Shown piece after piece: positions 28,027 through 35,422 of a DNA stretch of 49,362 nt. Under the pieces are notes generated by a model. It saw only the letters and a list, made by a program, of their open reading frames with translations. It was not told the origin of the DNA and ran no database searches. The position numbers were made by a program, and so were the translations under genes. The DNA is taken from the NCBI GenBank assembly GCA_944355255.1, contig CALVQD010000041.1, positions 1 through 49,362 of the forward strand. The letters run 5' to 3'. Every line of letters begins with the position of its first letter. Position 1 is the stretch's first letter. This DNA comes from an uncultured Bacilli bacterium (GTDB lineage: Bacteria; Bacillota_I; Bacilli_A; RF39; UBA660).

Positions 28027-28665
28027 ATGGATATTGAAAGTGTAAAAAGAGAGATGAAGAAGAAACATCACCATGTTGGTCAGAACAAAAAGACAACGAT
28101 TATTCAGAAGAAACATAAAAAGAAATTGTTGTGGTTTGGAATAAGATTTTTGTTATGTGTGATTATTACGTTGTTGTGTTTTATGTTATTAAAGAAAAAT
28201 CCAACGTGGAAGAGTCAGTTTTATCAGTATGTTTTTGAGAAGAATTTTAGTTTTGCTAGTTTAAATCAAACTTATCAGAAGTATTTTGGAAGTCCAATTC
28301 CTTTTTTTGATCAATTGATTGAAGAGCCTACGAAAGCGGTATTCAATGAAGAATTGACTTATAAAAGTACTAAAAAGTACCAGGATGGTGTGAAATTGAC
28401 TGTGGATAATGATTTACTCATTCCTTCATTAGAAAGCGGTATTGTGGTGTTTATTGGTGAAAAAGAGGGGTATGGAGATACACTGATTATTCAACAAGCC
28501 AATGGGATTGACTGTTGGTATGGAAATGTAAAAAATTTAAGTGTTAAATTATATGATTATGTAGAAAAAGGAAGTGCAATTGGAGAAGCAAATGGTAAAG
28601 AGTTATATCTTGTATTTAAAAAAGATGGGGCAGTCTTAGATTATAAGAATTATATTAATGGCTAA
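28027..28665 (+). CDS. Degenerate M23/LytM-domain membrane protein, SpoIVFA-like by position
   Basis: TM helix plus a C-terminal LytM fold (GIVVFIGEKEGYGDTLIIQQANGIDCWYGNV...GSAIGEA). The catalytic His of HxxxD/HxH are replaced (IQQ, YGNV, LYLVF). It precedes an M50 protease, as spoIVFA-spoIVFB does. Confidence 0.65.
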   Translation: MDIESVKREMKKKHHHVGQNKKTTIIQKKHKKKLLWFGIRFLLCVIITLLCFMLLKKNPTWKSQFYQYVFEKNFSFASLNQTYQKYFGSPIPFFDQLIEEPTKAVFNEELTYKSTKKYQDGVKLTVDNDLLIPSLESGIVVFIGEKEGYGDTLIIQQANGIDCWYGNVKNLSVKLYDYVEKGSAIGEANGKELYLVFKKDGAVLDYKNYING

Positions 28666-29389
28666 AAAAATATACTTTCATCCCATCTTTTTTCTTTGTA
28701 CCATGATTGCATTGATGACAGGATTTTTTAAACCATATTTATTTTTGTTCTATCTTTTTTTCTGTCATGAATGCGGTCATATCATAACTGCTTGTTATTA
28801 CCGTTGGAATATTAAAAAAATAATTGTTCTTCCATTTGGGGGACTCACCATCTTTGAAGAACAATTAAATCGTCCTATAAAAGAAGAATTTGTAATTACA
28901 ATCATGGGACCTATTTTTCAAATCATCGCATATCACATCATAACACTTGTTTTTTATAAGCCGTATTTTTTGAACCTTCATCTTTCGTTTCTATGTTTTA
29001 ATCTAATTCCTATTTATCCTTTAGATGGTTCAAAATTACTACTATTATTTTTGGAGAAATTGTTTCCTATATATCAGAGTTATCAAAGTCTATTATTGAT
29101 TTCTTGCTTTTTCGCAATTCTTTTATTTTTATATATGCCACAGAATTTAATTTTACTTTGTATGTTACTATTTCTATTAAAGAAGGTGTGGGAAGAATAT
29201 CGTAAGCTTCCATTTACTTTTGATAAATTTTTATTAGAACGGTATTTAAAACATCTTCATTTTTCCAAATATATAAAAATAAGAAAGTTAAATTTAAAAA
29301 AAATGAAACGTGATCGAAGTCATTTGTTTTTACTGGAAAATAAATGGTTATCAGAGGCTACGATTTTAAAAAAATGGTTTGACAAATAA
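28658..29389 (+). CDS. M50 family site-2 protease, SpoIVFB-like
   Basis: HExxH in a TM helix (FFCHECGHIITA) and NLIPIYPLDGS (NxxPxxxLDG). Polytopic. Located just upstream of rplU, as in Bacillus. Confidence 0.8.
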   Translation: MAKKIYFHPIFFLCTMIALMTGFFKPYLFLFYLFFCHECGHIITACYYRWNIKKIIVLPFGGLTIFEEQLNRPIKEEFVITIMGPIFQIIAYHIITLVFYKPYFLNLHLSFLCFNLIPIYPLDGSKLLLLFLEKLFPIYQSYQSLLLISCFFAILLFLYMPQNLILLCMLLFLLKKVWEEYRKLPFTFDKFLLERYLKHLHFSKYIKIRKLNLKKMKRDRSHLFLLENKWLSEATILKKWFDK

Positions 29390-29399
29390 GGATTTATCT

Positions 29400-29500
29400 G
29401 TTAAAATTTTATATTGTGTAGTACCCCTTTGGTTGCTACAACCGCACGAACAAGGTTTTAAAACAATTGTTACCTTTTAGGCGAGTCTTAGAATTGTAAG
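29400..29500 (+). promoter_or_regulatory. Candidate ribosomal protein L21 operon leader RNA
   Basis: Structured, relatively GC-rich 5' UTR (GTAGTACCCCTTTGGTTGCTACAACCGCACGAAC...) directly upstream of rplU-prp-rpmA, where Bacillota carry an L21 leader. Covariance fit not testable by eye. Confidence 0.4.
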
Positions 29501-29510
29501 GAGGGAAATT

Positions 29511-29813
29511 ATGAAAGCTGTTATCGAAACGGGTGGAAAACAATACTATGTAGAAGAAGGAACAGAACTTTACGTTGAAAAATTAGATGCTGAAGTTGGA
29601 AGTAAAGTTGAATTCGACAAAGTATTAATGGTAGATGGAGCATTTGGAAATCCATATCTATCAAACGCAAAAGTAACAGGTGAAGTTGTAAAACACGGTA
29701 AGGATAAGAAAATTGTAGTATTTAAATACGTTCCAAAGAATAAATACCGTAAGAAACAAGGACACCGTCAACCATATACAAAGGTTGTTATTAAATCTAT
29801 TAAAGTAAAGTAA
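29511..29813 (+). CDS. rplU: 50S ribosomal protein L21
   Basis: [17 protein letters not shown]...[19 protein letters not shown]-type sequence. Confidence 0.95.
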   Translation: MKAVIETGGKQYYVEEGTELYVEKLDAEVGSKVEFDKVLMVDGAFGNPYLSNAKVTGEVVKHGKDKKIVVFKYVPKNKYRKKQGHRQPYTKVVIKSIKVK

Positions 29814-29814
29814 T

Positions 29815-30132
29815 ATGATTCAGGTAATAATAAAAAAAGAAAAGAATGTGATTAGAGAAATATCTCTTAATGGACATTCTGGTTATGAAGTAAGTGGAAA
29901 AGATATTGTCTGTGCTAGTGTTAGTAGTATTTTAATTACAAGTGTGAATGCAATTATCAGATATCAAAAAGATGCGATTAGAGTAGAACAACAAGATACG
30001 GATACAATTCATGTTACAGTTACAGTATTAAAACATGATTCTGTCATTGATTTATTACTAGATAATTTGGTTGCACTATTAACAGAACTTACTTCAGATT
30101 ATCCAAAGAATATAAAAATAAATAGAAAATAG
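29815..30132 (+). CDS. prp: Ribosomal-processing cysteine protease Prp
   Basis: GHSGY...[12 protein letters not shown] motif (catalytic His/Cys). Located between rplU and rpmA. Confidence 0.9.
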   Translation: MIQVIIKKEKNVIREISLNGHSGYEVSGKDIVCASVSSILITSVNAIIRYQKDAIRVEQQDTDTIHVTVTVLKHDSVIDLLLDNLVALLTELTSDYPKNIKINRK

Positions 30133-30143
30133 GAGGTGTCCTC

Positions 30144-30434
30144 ATGCTAGAATTATTAAAGTTAAATATTCAATTATTCGCTCATAAAAAAGGTCAAAGT
30201 TCTACAAAGAACGGACGTGACTCTGCAGGTAGAAGACTTGGTGCAAAAGCGAGTGATGGAGAATTTGTAACATCTGGTTCTATTTTATACCGTCAACGTG
30301 GTACAAAAGTATATCCAGGTAACAATGTTAAGATCGGAAAAGATGATACATTATATACTACAATTGATGGATATGTAAAATTTGAACGTCGTGGTAGAGA
30401 TAAAAAACAAGCAAGTGTTTATCCTACACGATAA
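30144..30434 (+). CDS. rpmA: 50S ribosomal protein L27 with cleavable N-terminal extension
   Basis: [27 protein letters not shown] contains the Firmicute pro-sequence cleaved by Prp before AHKKG. Confidence 0.95.
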   Translation: MLELLKLNIQLFAHKKGQSSTKNGRDSAGRRLGAKASDGEFVTSGSILYRQRGTKVYPGNNVKIGKDDTLYTTIDGYVKFERRGRDKKQASVYPTR

Positions 30435-30460
30435 AAAGCATTGAGAAATAAGCGAAAAAA

Positions 30461-30488
30461 AAGAAGTATGCTGCAATACTTCTTTTTG
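30461..30488 (+). terminator. Rho-independent terminator after rpmA
   Basis: AAGAAGTAT-GCTGCA-ATACTTCTT followed by TTT. Confidence 0.7.
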
Positions 30489-30513
30489 TGCATCAAAAAA
30501 AGTTAGAAAATGA

Positions 30514-30542
30514 TTGAAATTTTCTAAAAAAAGTGTTATACT
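30514..30542 (+). promoter_or_regulatory. Sigma-A type promoter of a short independent transcription unit
   Basis: TTGAAA (30514-30519), 17 nt spacer ending in TGT (extended -10), TATACT (30537-30542). Confidence 0.6.
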
Positions 30543-30579
30543 CTAGGTGTGAAGAGAGAATGAAAAAGGGTGGAGGTGA

Positions 30580-30615
30580 ATGTCTATGTGGAGATGGCTA
30601 ACTAGATTTTTCTAA
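30580..30615 (+). other. Tiny Trp/Arg/Phe-rich ORF (MSMWRWLTRFF) within an approximately 165-nt promoter-to-terminator unit; peptide or sRNA
   Basis: A GGTGGAGGTG SD sits immediately upstream. ATG at 30580 or 30586, stop at 30613-30615. Followed by the hairpin GACATTAAC...GTTAATGT and a terminator. Confidence 0.3.
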
Positions 30616-30675
30616 TAGGGACATTAACCAAACGTATATACACTGGAATGATATAGAATAGTTAATGTTGACTAT

Positions 30676-30709
30676 CCCGGTACGAAAGTGCCGGGACTTT
30701 TATTGTATA
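30676..30709 (+). terminator. Rho-independent terminator of the short unit
   Basis: CCCGGTAC-GAAA-GTGCCGGG (GAAA tetraloop, one G-U pair) followed by ACTTTTATT. Confidence 0.7.
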
Positions 30710-30779
30710 CCAAAAATTGGTAATATGGCAATACCTTTTTGCTAATTTTTTTCACTTTACATTTCTTTTTCACTCCCCA

Positions 30780-30808
30780 TTGAAAAAAGAATTCCTTTTT
30801 GTTACAAT
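30780..30808 (+). promoter_or_regulatory. Sigma-A type promoter for the CPBP protease gene
   Basis: TTGAAA (30780-30785), 17 nt spacer ending in TGT, TACAAT (30803-30808). Confidence 0.6.
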
Positions 30809-30823
30809 GAAATTAGGATAGGA

Positions 30824-31513
30824 GTGAGAAGATTGAAAAAGGGAAATACGACAGAACTACTAAAAGTTTTTATCATTTTTATTGTTTACTTGATTTATAA
30901 TAGTGTATTTCAAACAATATTTGAAGCATTAAATGTGCATAATGGAATTATCACAATGTTTACTGGGGATGTATTATTCTTAATCGGTATGATGTGGTTA
31001 TATCGAAAAGAGTTAAAAAATAGTTTAGATCATCTTGGTAAGAGTAAACGCAAGTTTATTTTTAAAGTATTACTTGGTGTGATTATTTTATTTGCAGTGA
31101 ATATGATCGTAGGAATTATCGGAGAAGTATTGGTTCCATCTGATACGATTAGTGATGATAATACGACATCTATTTATAATTTGTCACAAATTTCATTTGC
31201 TTATACTTTATTTAAGACAATGGTATTTGGTGTAATTGCCGAGGAACTTTTATTTAAACAATCACTACGTAATGTTATTCCAAATAATGTATTATTTGTG
31301 ATTTCCAGCAGTTTGATATATGCTGTTATGAATGTGATTTATGGTGATTTAAACAGCCCATATCTACTTACAGATACGTTATCGTATTTTGCTGTATCTG
31401 CAGCACTTGCGACTATGTATATCAAAAATAACGATAATATTGTATTCATTATGTTCATTAAATTTTTCTATAATTTGATTCCGATGTGTATTATGATAGC
31501 GGGGATGTTTTAA
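30824..31513 (+). CDS. CPBP family intramembrane glutamic endopeptidase (CAAX protease/Abi)
   Basis: Polytopic membrane protein with motif 1 EELLFKQSLRN (EExxxR) and further hydrophobic helices typical of Abi/CPBP. The start may be TTG 30833. Confidence 0.8.
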   Translation: MRRLKKGNTTELLKVFIIFIVYLIYNSVFQTIFEALNVHNGIITMFTGDVLFLIGMMWLYRKELKNSLDHLGKSKRKFIFKVLLGVIILFAVNMIVGIIGEVLVPSDTISDDNTTSIYNLSQISFAYTLFKTMVFGVIAEELLFKQSLRNVIPNNVLFVISSSLIYAVMNVIYGDLNSPYLLTDTLSYFAVSAALATMYIKNNDNIVFIMFIKFFYNLIPMCIMIAGMF

Positions 31514-31657
31514 ATGAAAGCATCGGATTTGATAAATACATTAGCCGTCGTACAAAAAACTACTTCTGGTCAAAAGAACATGAATATTATTATCATCGTT
31601 GCAGTGATAGTTATCGTAGTTTTAGTAGCTAGTACTGTATTTTCAAACAGAAAATAG
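31514..31657 (+). CDS. Small single-pass membrane peptide (47 aa)
   Basis: Not in the ORF track. The ATG abuts the CPBP stop (TAAATG). MKASDLINTLAVVQKTTSGQKNMNIIIIVAVIVIVVLVASTVFSNRK. Followed by the hairpin AATAGTA-GCAA-TACTATT plus a T-run. Confidence 0.5.
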   Translation: MKASDLINTLAVVQKTTSGQKNMNIIIIVAVIVIVVLVASTVFSNRK

Positions 31658-31805
31658 TAGCAATACTATTTTTTTGTCGGAAGATAGTAAATAAAAGATC
31701 AAAGAAATGATATGGGTAAATATTTTTGAAGTAACATAACAGTCGTTATTAGATGATTTATCAAATGAGAAATATGATTTGATATATTGTCTTTTGTATG
31801 AATTC

Positions 31806-31834
31806 GCATAGAAAAAAATCTATGCTTTTTTTTT
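31806..31834 (+). terminator. Terminator-like hairpin upstream of obg
   Basis: GCATAGA-AAAAAA-TCTATGC followed by a 9-T run. Confidence 0.6.
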
Positions 31835-31876
31835 ACTTTCGTGTATAATAAGACTAGTTAGAAAAGGAGGACTTTT

Positions 31877-33148
31877 ATGTTTGTAGATGAAGCGATTGTC
31901 GATGTATTAGCTGGTGCCGGTGGAAATGGTTGTATGGCAATGCGTCGTGAGAAGTATGTTGAAATGGGTGGCCCATTTGGTGGAAATGGAGGTCATGGTG
32001 CAGATATTGTATTTGAAGCAGATGAAGGTTTAAATACATTACTTGATTTAAGATATCAAAAACAAATTAAAGGTCCTCGTGGAGAAAACGGTATGGGAAA
32101 AGGTATGCATGGAAAGAGTCGCGATGCGGTTGTTGTAAAAGTACCAGTAGGAACCGTTGTCACAGATCTTGAAACGGGAGAAGTGATTGCTGATCTTACT
32201 CAAAATAAAGAGCAGACAGTCATTGCTCGAGGTGGTCGAGGAGGTCGTGGGAATATGGCTCTCGCTACTCATTCCAATCCCGCACCTAGTATTTGTGAAA
32301 ATGGAGAACCAGGAGAAGAAAAAAGAGTGAAAGTGGAATTAAAACTACTGGCAGATGTTGGTTTAGTTGGACTTCCAAGTGTTGGAAAATCAACAATTAT
32401 TTCTATGATTAGTGCTGCTAAACCAAAAATTGCTGAATATCACTTTACAACATTAAAACCAAATTTAGGAGTTGTTCGTGCTTCTCGTCATCGTTCTTTT
32501 GTTGTTGCTGATCTTCCTGGACTTATTAAAGGAGCATCTTTAGGAGAAGGGTTAGGAGATCGTTTCTTAAAGCATATTGAAAGAACGAGAGTCATTGCCC
32601 ATGTGATCGATATGGGTGGTTATGAAATGCGTGATCCATATGAAGATTACATAACCATTCAAGAAGAATTAAAAAACTTTAAAGAAAGTTTATTAAAAAA
32701 GCCGCAAATTATTATTGCCAATAAAATGGATATCGAAGGTGCAAAAGAAAGATTAGAACAATTCAAACAGAAAGTAGATTTACCAATTTACGAAATAAGT
32801 GCTGTTATGAATCAAGGGTTAGATCAAGTAGTAGAAGCACTTGCTGATATGTTAGATCATATTCAAAAACAACCATTAGAGGAAAGTGTAAAAACGAAAA
32901 AACATGTTGTCTATAAATATGAAAAAGAAGAGCCATTTACGATCACAAAAGAGGATGATACATGGGTTGTTCGTGGAAAAGAAATCGAACAATATGTCAG
33001 AAGAATGAATTTTTCAACTGAGGAAGCATATATTCGTTTATCACGTAAATTAAGATTACTTGGTATTGAAGATGAACTTAGAAATCGTGGTGCGAAAGAT
33101 GGAGATTATGTTAGAATTTTAGATTTAGAAGTAGAGTACGAAGAATAG
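31877..33148 (+). CDS. obg: GTPase Obg/CgtA
   Basis: Gly-rich Obg fold (GGNGGHGADIVF, GGRGGRGN), G motifs GLPSVGKST, DLPGLI and NKMD, and a C-terminal OCT domain. Confidence 0.95.
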   Translation: MFVDEAIVDVLAGAGGNGCMAMRREKYVEMGGPFGGNGGHGADIVFEADEGLNTLLDLRYQKQIKGPRGENGMGKGMHGKSRDAVVVKVPVGTVVTDLETGEVIADLTQNKEQTVIARGGRGGRGNMALATHSNPAPSICENGEPGEEKRVKVELKLLADVGLVGLPSVGKSTIISMISAAKPKIAEYHFTTLKPNLGVVRASRHRSFVVADLPGLIKGASLGEGLGDRFLKHIERTRVIAHVIDMGGYEMRDPYEDYITIQEELKNFKESLLKKPQIIIANKMDIEGAKERLEQFKQKVDLPIYEISAVMNQGLDQVVEALADMLDHIQKQPLEESVKTKKHVVYKYEKEEPFTITKEDDTWVVRGKEIEQYVRRMNFSTEEAYIRLSRKLRLLGIEDELRNRGAKDGDYVRILDLEVEYEE

Positions 33149-33193
33149 ATTATTCTATTCTTTTTATGTTACAATAGAAAAGAAGGTGAACGT

Positions 33194-33895
33194 ATGAAAG
33201 ATTTACAAACAATGATTGATGAAAGTAATAATATTGTATTTTTTGGTGGAGCAGGTGTATCTACTGCGAGTGGAATTCCTGATTTTAGAAGTAGTACGGG
33301 ATTATACCACAAATATCCATATCGAGCAGAAACAATGTTATCACATACTTATTTTATGCATCATACAGAAGATTTCTTTCAATTTTATTTTCGTGAAATG
33401 ATTCATAAAGAGGCAAAACCCAATGCTTGTCATAAGAAATTAATGGAGTTAGAAAAAGTAGGGAAATTACAAGCAATTATAACCCAAAATATCGATGGAT
33501 TACATCAGATGGCAGGAAGTAAAAACGTTTTAGAATTGCATGGTTCAGTTCAAAAGAATACCTGTATGAAATGCCATAAGAAATATACGTTAGAAGAAAT
33601 TGAAAAAAGTCATATATGTACATGTGGTGGTACTATCAAACCAGATGTTGTTCTTTATGAAGAACCACTTCCTAATGGTGTGTTTGAAGCAGCAATCGAG
33701 GCGATTTCTAAATGTGATACATTTATTATTGGCGGGACATCTTTAGCTGTCTATCCTGCTAATAGTTTGGTTCAATTTTTTCACGGTAAAAACTTAGTAG
33801 TTGTGAATCTAGAAGAAACTTCTTTAGATAAAAAGGCAACGCTTGTTATTCATGATGATATTGCTAAAGTTTTTTCCAAAATAAAAACAGATTAG
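33194..33895 (+). CDS. cobB: NAD-dependent protein deacylase, Sir2 family
   Basis: GAGVSTASGIPDFRS, TQNIDGLH, a Zn ribbon (CxxC...CxC) and GTSLAVYPA motifs. Confidence 0.9.
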   Translation: MKDLQTMIDESNNIVFFGGAGVSTASGIPDFRSSTGLYHKYPYRAETMLSHTYFMHHTEDFFQFYFREMIHKEAKPNACHKKLMELEKVGKLQAIITQNIDGLHQMAGSKNVLELHGSVQKNTCMKCHKKYTLEEIEKSHICTCGGTIKPDVVLYEEPLPNGVFEAAIEAISKCDTFIIGGTSLAVYPANSLVQFFHGKNLVVVNLEETSLDKKATLVIHDDIAKVFSKIKTD

Positions 33896-34209
33896 GCAAT
33901 CTGTTTGATTCTTTCTCCTACTTGAAAATAAGTGATTCCAGCAGGAAATTCATAAGTTCCATATCCTTTTTTATAAAATATAAATTTCCAAGGTTTGACA
34001 TTTTTCTTACAATATAAAATGATATTATTATAATCGACAATATAAATATCGATTGGAAATCTCATAAAACAAGTATGAATACTATGACAACGTGGAAAAA
34101 ATAAACCATATTTTGGTATTTCTTTCTTTCCCATGAAGCCTAAGAAACGATTTCGAAAGTTCATACAGACGTGAACATCGATCTTGTTATCTTTACTTAA
34201 TATTTTCAT
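33892..34209 (-). CDS. DUF192 family protein
   Basis: RFLGFMGKKEIPKYGLFFPRCHSIHTCFMRFPIDIYIVD...YEFPAG matches the DUF192 pattern (GLMxR...GMLF...hHTxxMxxPLDhhFhD...hLELPAG). ATG at 34209 (MKILSK). The track start at 34257 is an extension. Confidence 0.7.
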   Translation of the reverse strand: MKILSKDNKIDVHVCMNFRNRFLGFMGKKEIPKYGLFFPRCHSIHTCFMRFPIDIYIVDYNNIILYCKKNVKPWKFIFYKKGYGTYEFPAGITYFQVGERIKQIA

Positions 34210-34246
34210 TTTATCACCAAATTTATCATAACATACAAAAAGTGAA

Positions 34247-34275
34247 TTGACAAACAATTGATTTCGTTATAAACT
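34247..34275 (+). promoter_or_regulatory. Sigma-A type promoter for the Flp-like pilin gene
   Basis: TTGACA (34247-34252), 17 nt spacer, TAAACT (34270-34275). Confidence 0.6.
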
Positions 34276-34307
34276 AATAATATAAAGAATAGTATTGGGA
34301 GGGTCAC

Positions 34308-34508
34308 ATGAATAGATTGAATCATAAAGGACAAGCTTTAGTTGAATATCTTTTAATTATAGCTGTTATTAGTGTTATTGTTGTAGGAATCGTAAAGGTA
34401 TTAGGTGGATATTTACAAGATTCTATGACCAAATCAAGCTGTAATCTAGTAGATAAAGTGTATGTTGAAGGTTCAAAACCTGGAGAAGGGACTTGTGTCG
34501 ATAAGTAG
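34308..34508 (+). CDS. Flp family type IVb pilin-like protein
   Basis: The N-terminus MNRLNHKG/QALVEYLLIIAVISVIVVGIV fits the Flp prepilin motif G/XXXXEY followed by a hydrophobic helix. 66 aa with two C-terminal Cys. GGGAGG SD. Confidence 0.7.
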   Translation: MNRLNHKGQALVEYLLIIAVISVIVVGIVKVLGGYLQDSMTKSSCNLVDKVYVEGSKPGEGTCVDK

Positions 34509-34529
34509 GAAGCAATGCTTCCTTTTTTT
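34507..34529 (+). terminator. Rho-independent terminator after the Flp-like gene
   Basis: AGGAAGC-AAT-GCTTCCT followed by TTTTTT. Confidence 0.75.
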
Positions 34530-34765
34530 GTGCCAAAATTCTTTTACCATAATTTCCCACAAAGTTCTAGAAATTTAACCACAATGTTTTTATAGAATGA
34601 AATCAAGGAGGTGATAAGAAAGAGAAAGAGAGAAAAAAACAACCAAAAGAACTTACAAAATAATAATCAATAGATAGAAAAATATACTCCTAAAAAAATA
34701 TGAAAGGTCAGTGGTAATGTAGAAAAAGAAATGAAGATTTGATATACTAATGTAGAGGTGTTATT

Positions 34766-35422
34766 ATGTATAAGATTTGCTTTGTAGAAGACGAGAAAGA
34801 CCTAAATGATTTGATGAAGACCTATTTAGAACGCGAAGGTTATGAAGTACTAAACTTCTATGATGGAAAGAGCGCACTTGACTATGTAGGTAATAAAGCT
34901 CATTTATGGATTCTAGATATTATGCTAGGTGATTCCATTAGCGGATATGATATTATTAAAAAAATTAGAGAAAAAGACAGTACCGTTCCTGTGATTTTTA
35001 CATCTGCAAGAGATCAAGATTTGGATAAAATCATCGGTTTGGAACTCGGTAGTGATGATTACGTAACAAAACCTTATTCCCCTAAGGAACTTGTATTACG
35101 TGTCAATAATATTATGAAACGTGTCTATTTGAAGTCAACAGAAAAGGTGACTTATGAGAATTACACCATTGATTTAGATAAAAGATCAGTCTATGACGGG
35201 AAAGAAGAAGTATCTTTAACAACATTAGAATTCGACTTATTATTAATGTTTTTACAAAACCGTAATAAATCATTTAGCCGTGAAGATATTCTAGAAGCTG
35301 TATGGGGTCCAGATTATTTTGGTAGTGATCGTGTGGTGGACGATTTAGTAAGAAGGCTTCGTAAAAAGATGCCGAATATACATATTAATACATTATATGG
35401 ATTTGGATATCGATTCCTATGA
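34766..35422 (+). CDS. OmpR-family response regulator
   Basis: Receiver domain (VEDEKDL..., phospho-Asp context WILDIMLGD, TSAR, KP) plus a winged-helix C-terminus (LTTLEFDLLLMFLQN...GFGYRF). Confidence 0.9.
   Translation: MYKICFVEDEKDLNDLMKTYLEREGYEVLNFYDGKSALDYVGNKAHLWILDIMLGDSISGYDIIKKIREKDSTVPVIFTSARDQDLDKIIGLELGSDDYVTKPYSPKELVLRVNNIMKRVYLKSTEKVTYENYTIDLDKRSVYDGKEEVSLTTLEFDLLLMFLQNRNKSFSREDILEAVWGPDYFGSDRVVDDLVRRLRKKMPNIHINTLYGFGYRFL

Noticed and set aside
30560-30601. Alternative tiny ORF MKKGGGECLCGDG in the short transcription unit
   Set aside because: It has only a weak purine-rich SD (GAAGAGAGA), and the strong GGAGGTG lies inside it. I could not prefer it over the MSMWRWLTRFF frame. 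Both remain unproven, and the unit may be non-coding.
34605-34673. Strong SD-like AAGGAGGTGA followed by a purine-rich stretch and a possible 20-codon GTG ORF (MIRKRKREKNNQKNLQNNNQ)
   Set aside because: The only in-frame start (GTG 34611) lies inside the SD-like sequence itself, so spacing is impossible. This is probably fortuitous purine-rich spacer DNA upstream of the two-component system.
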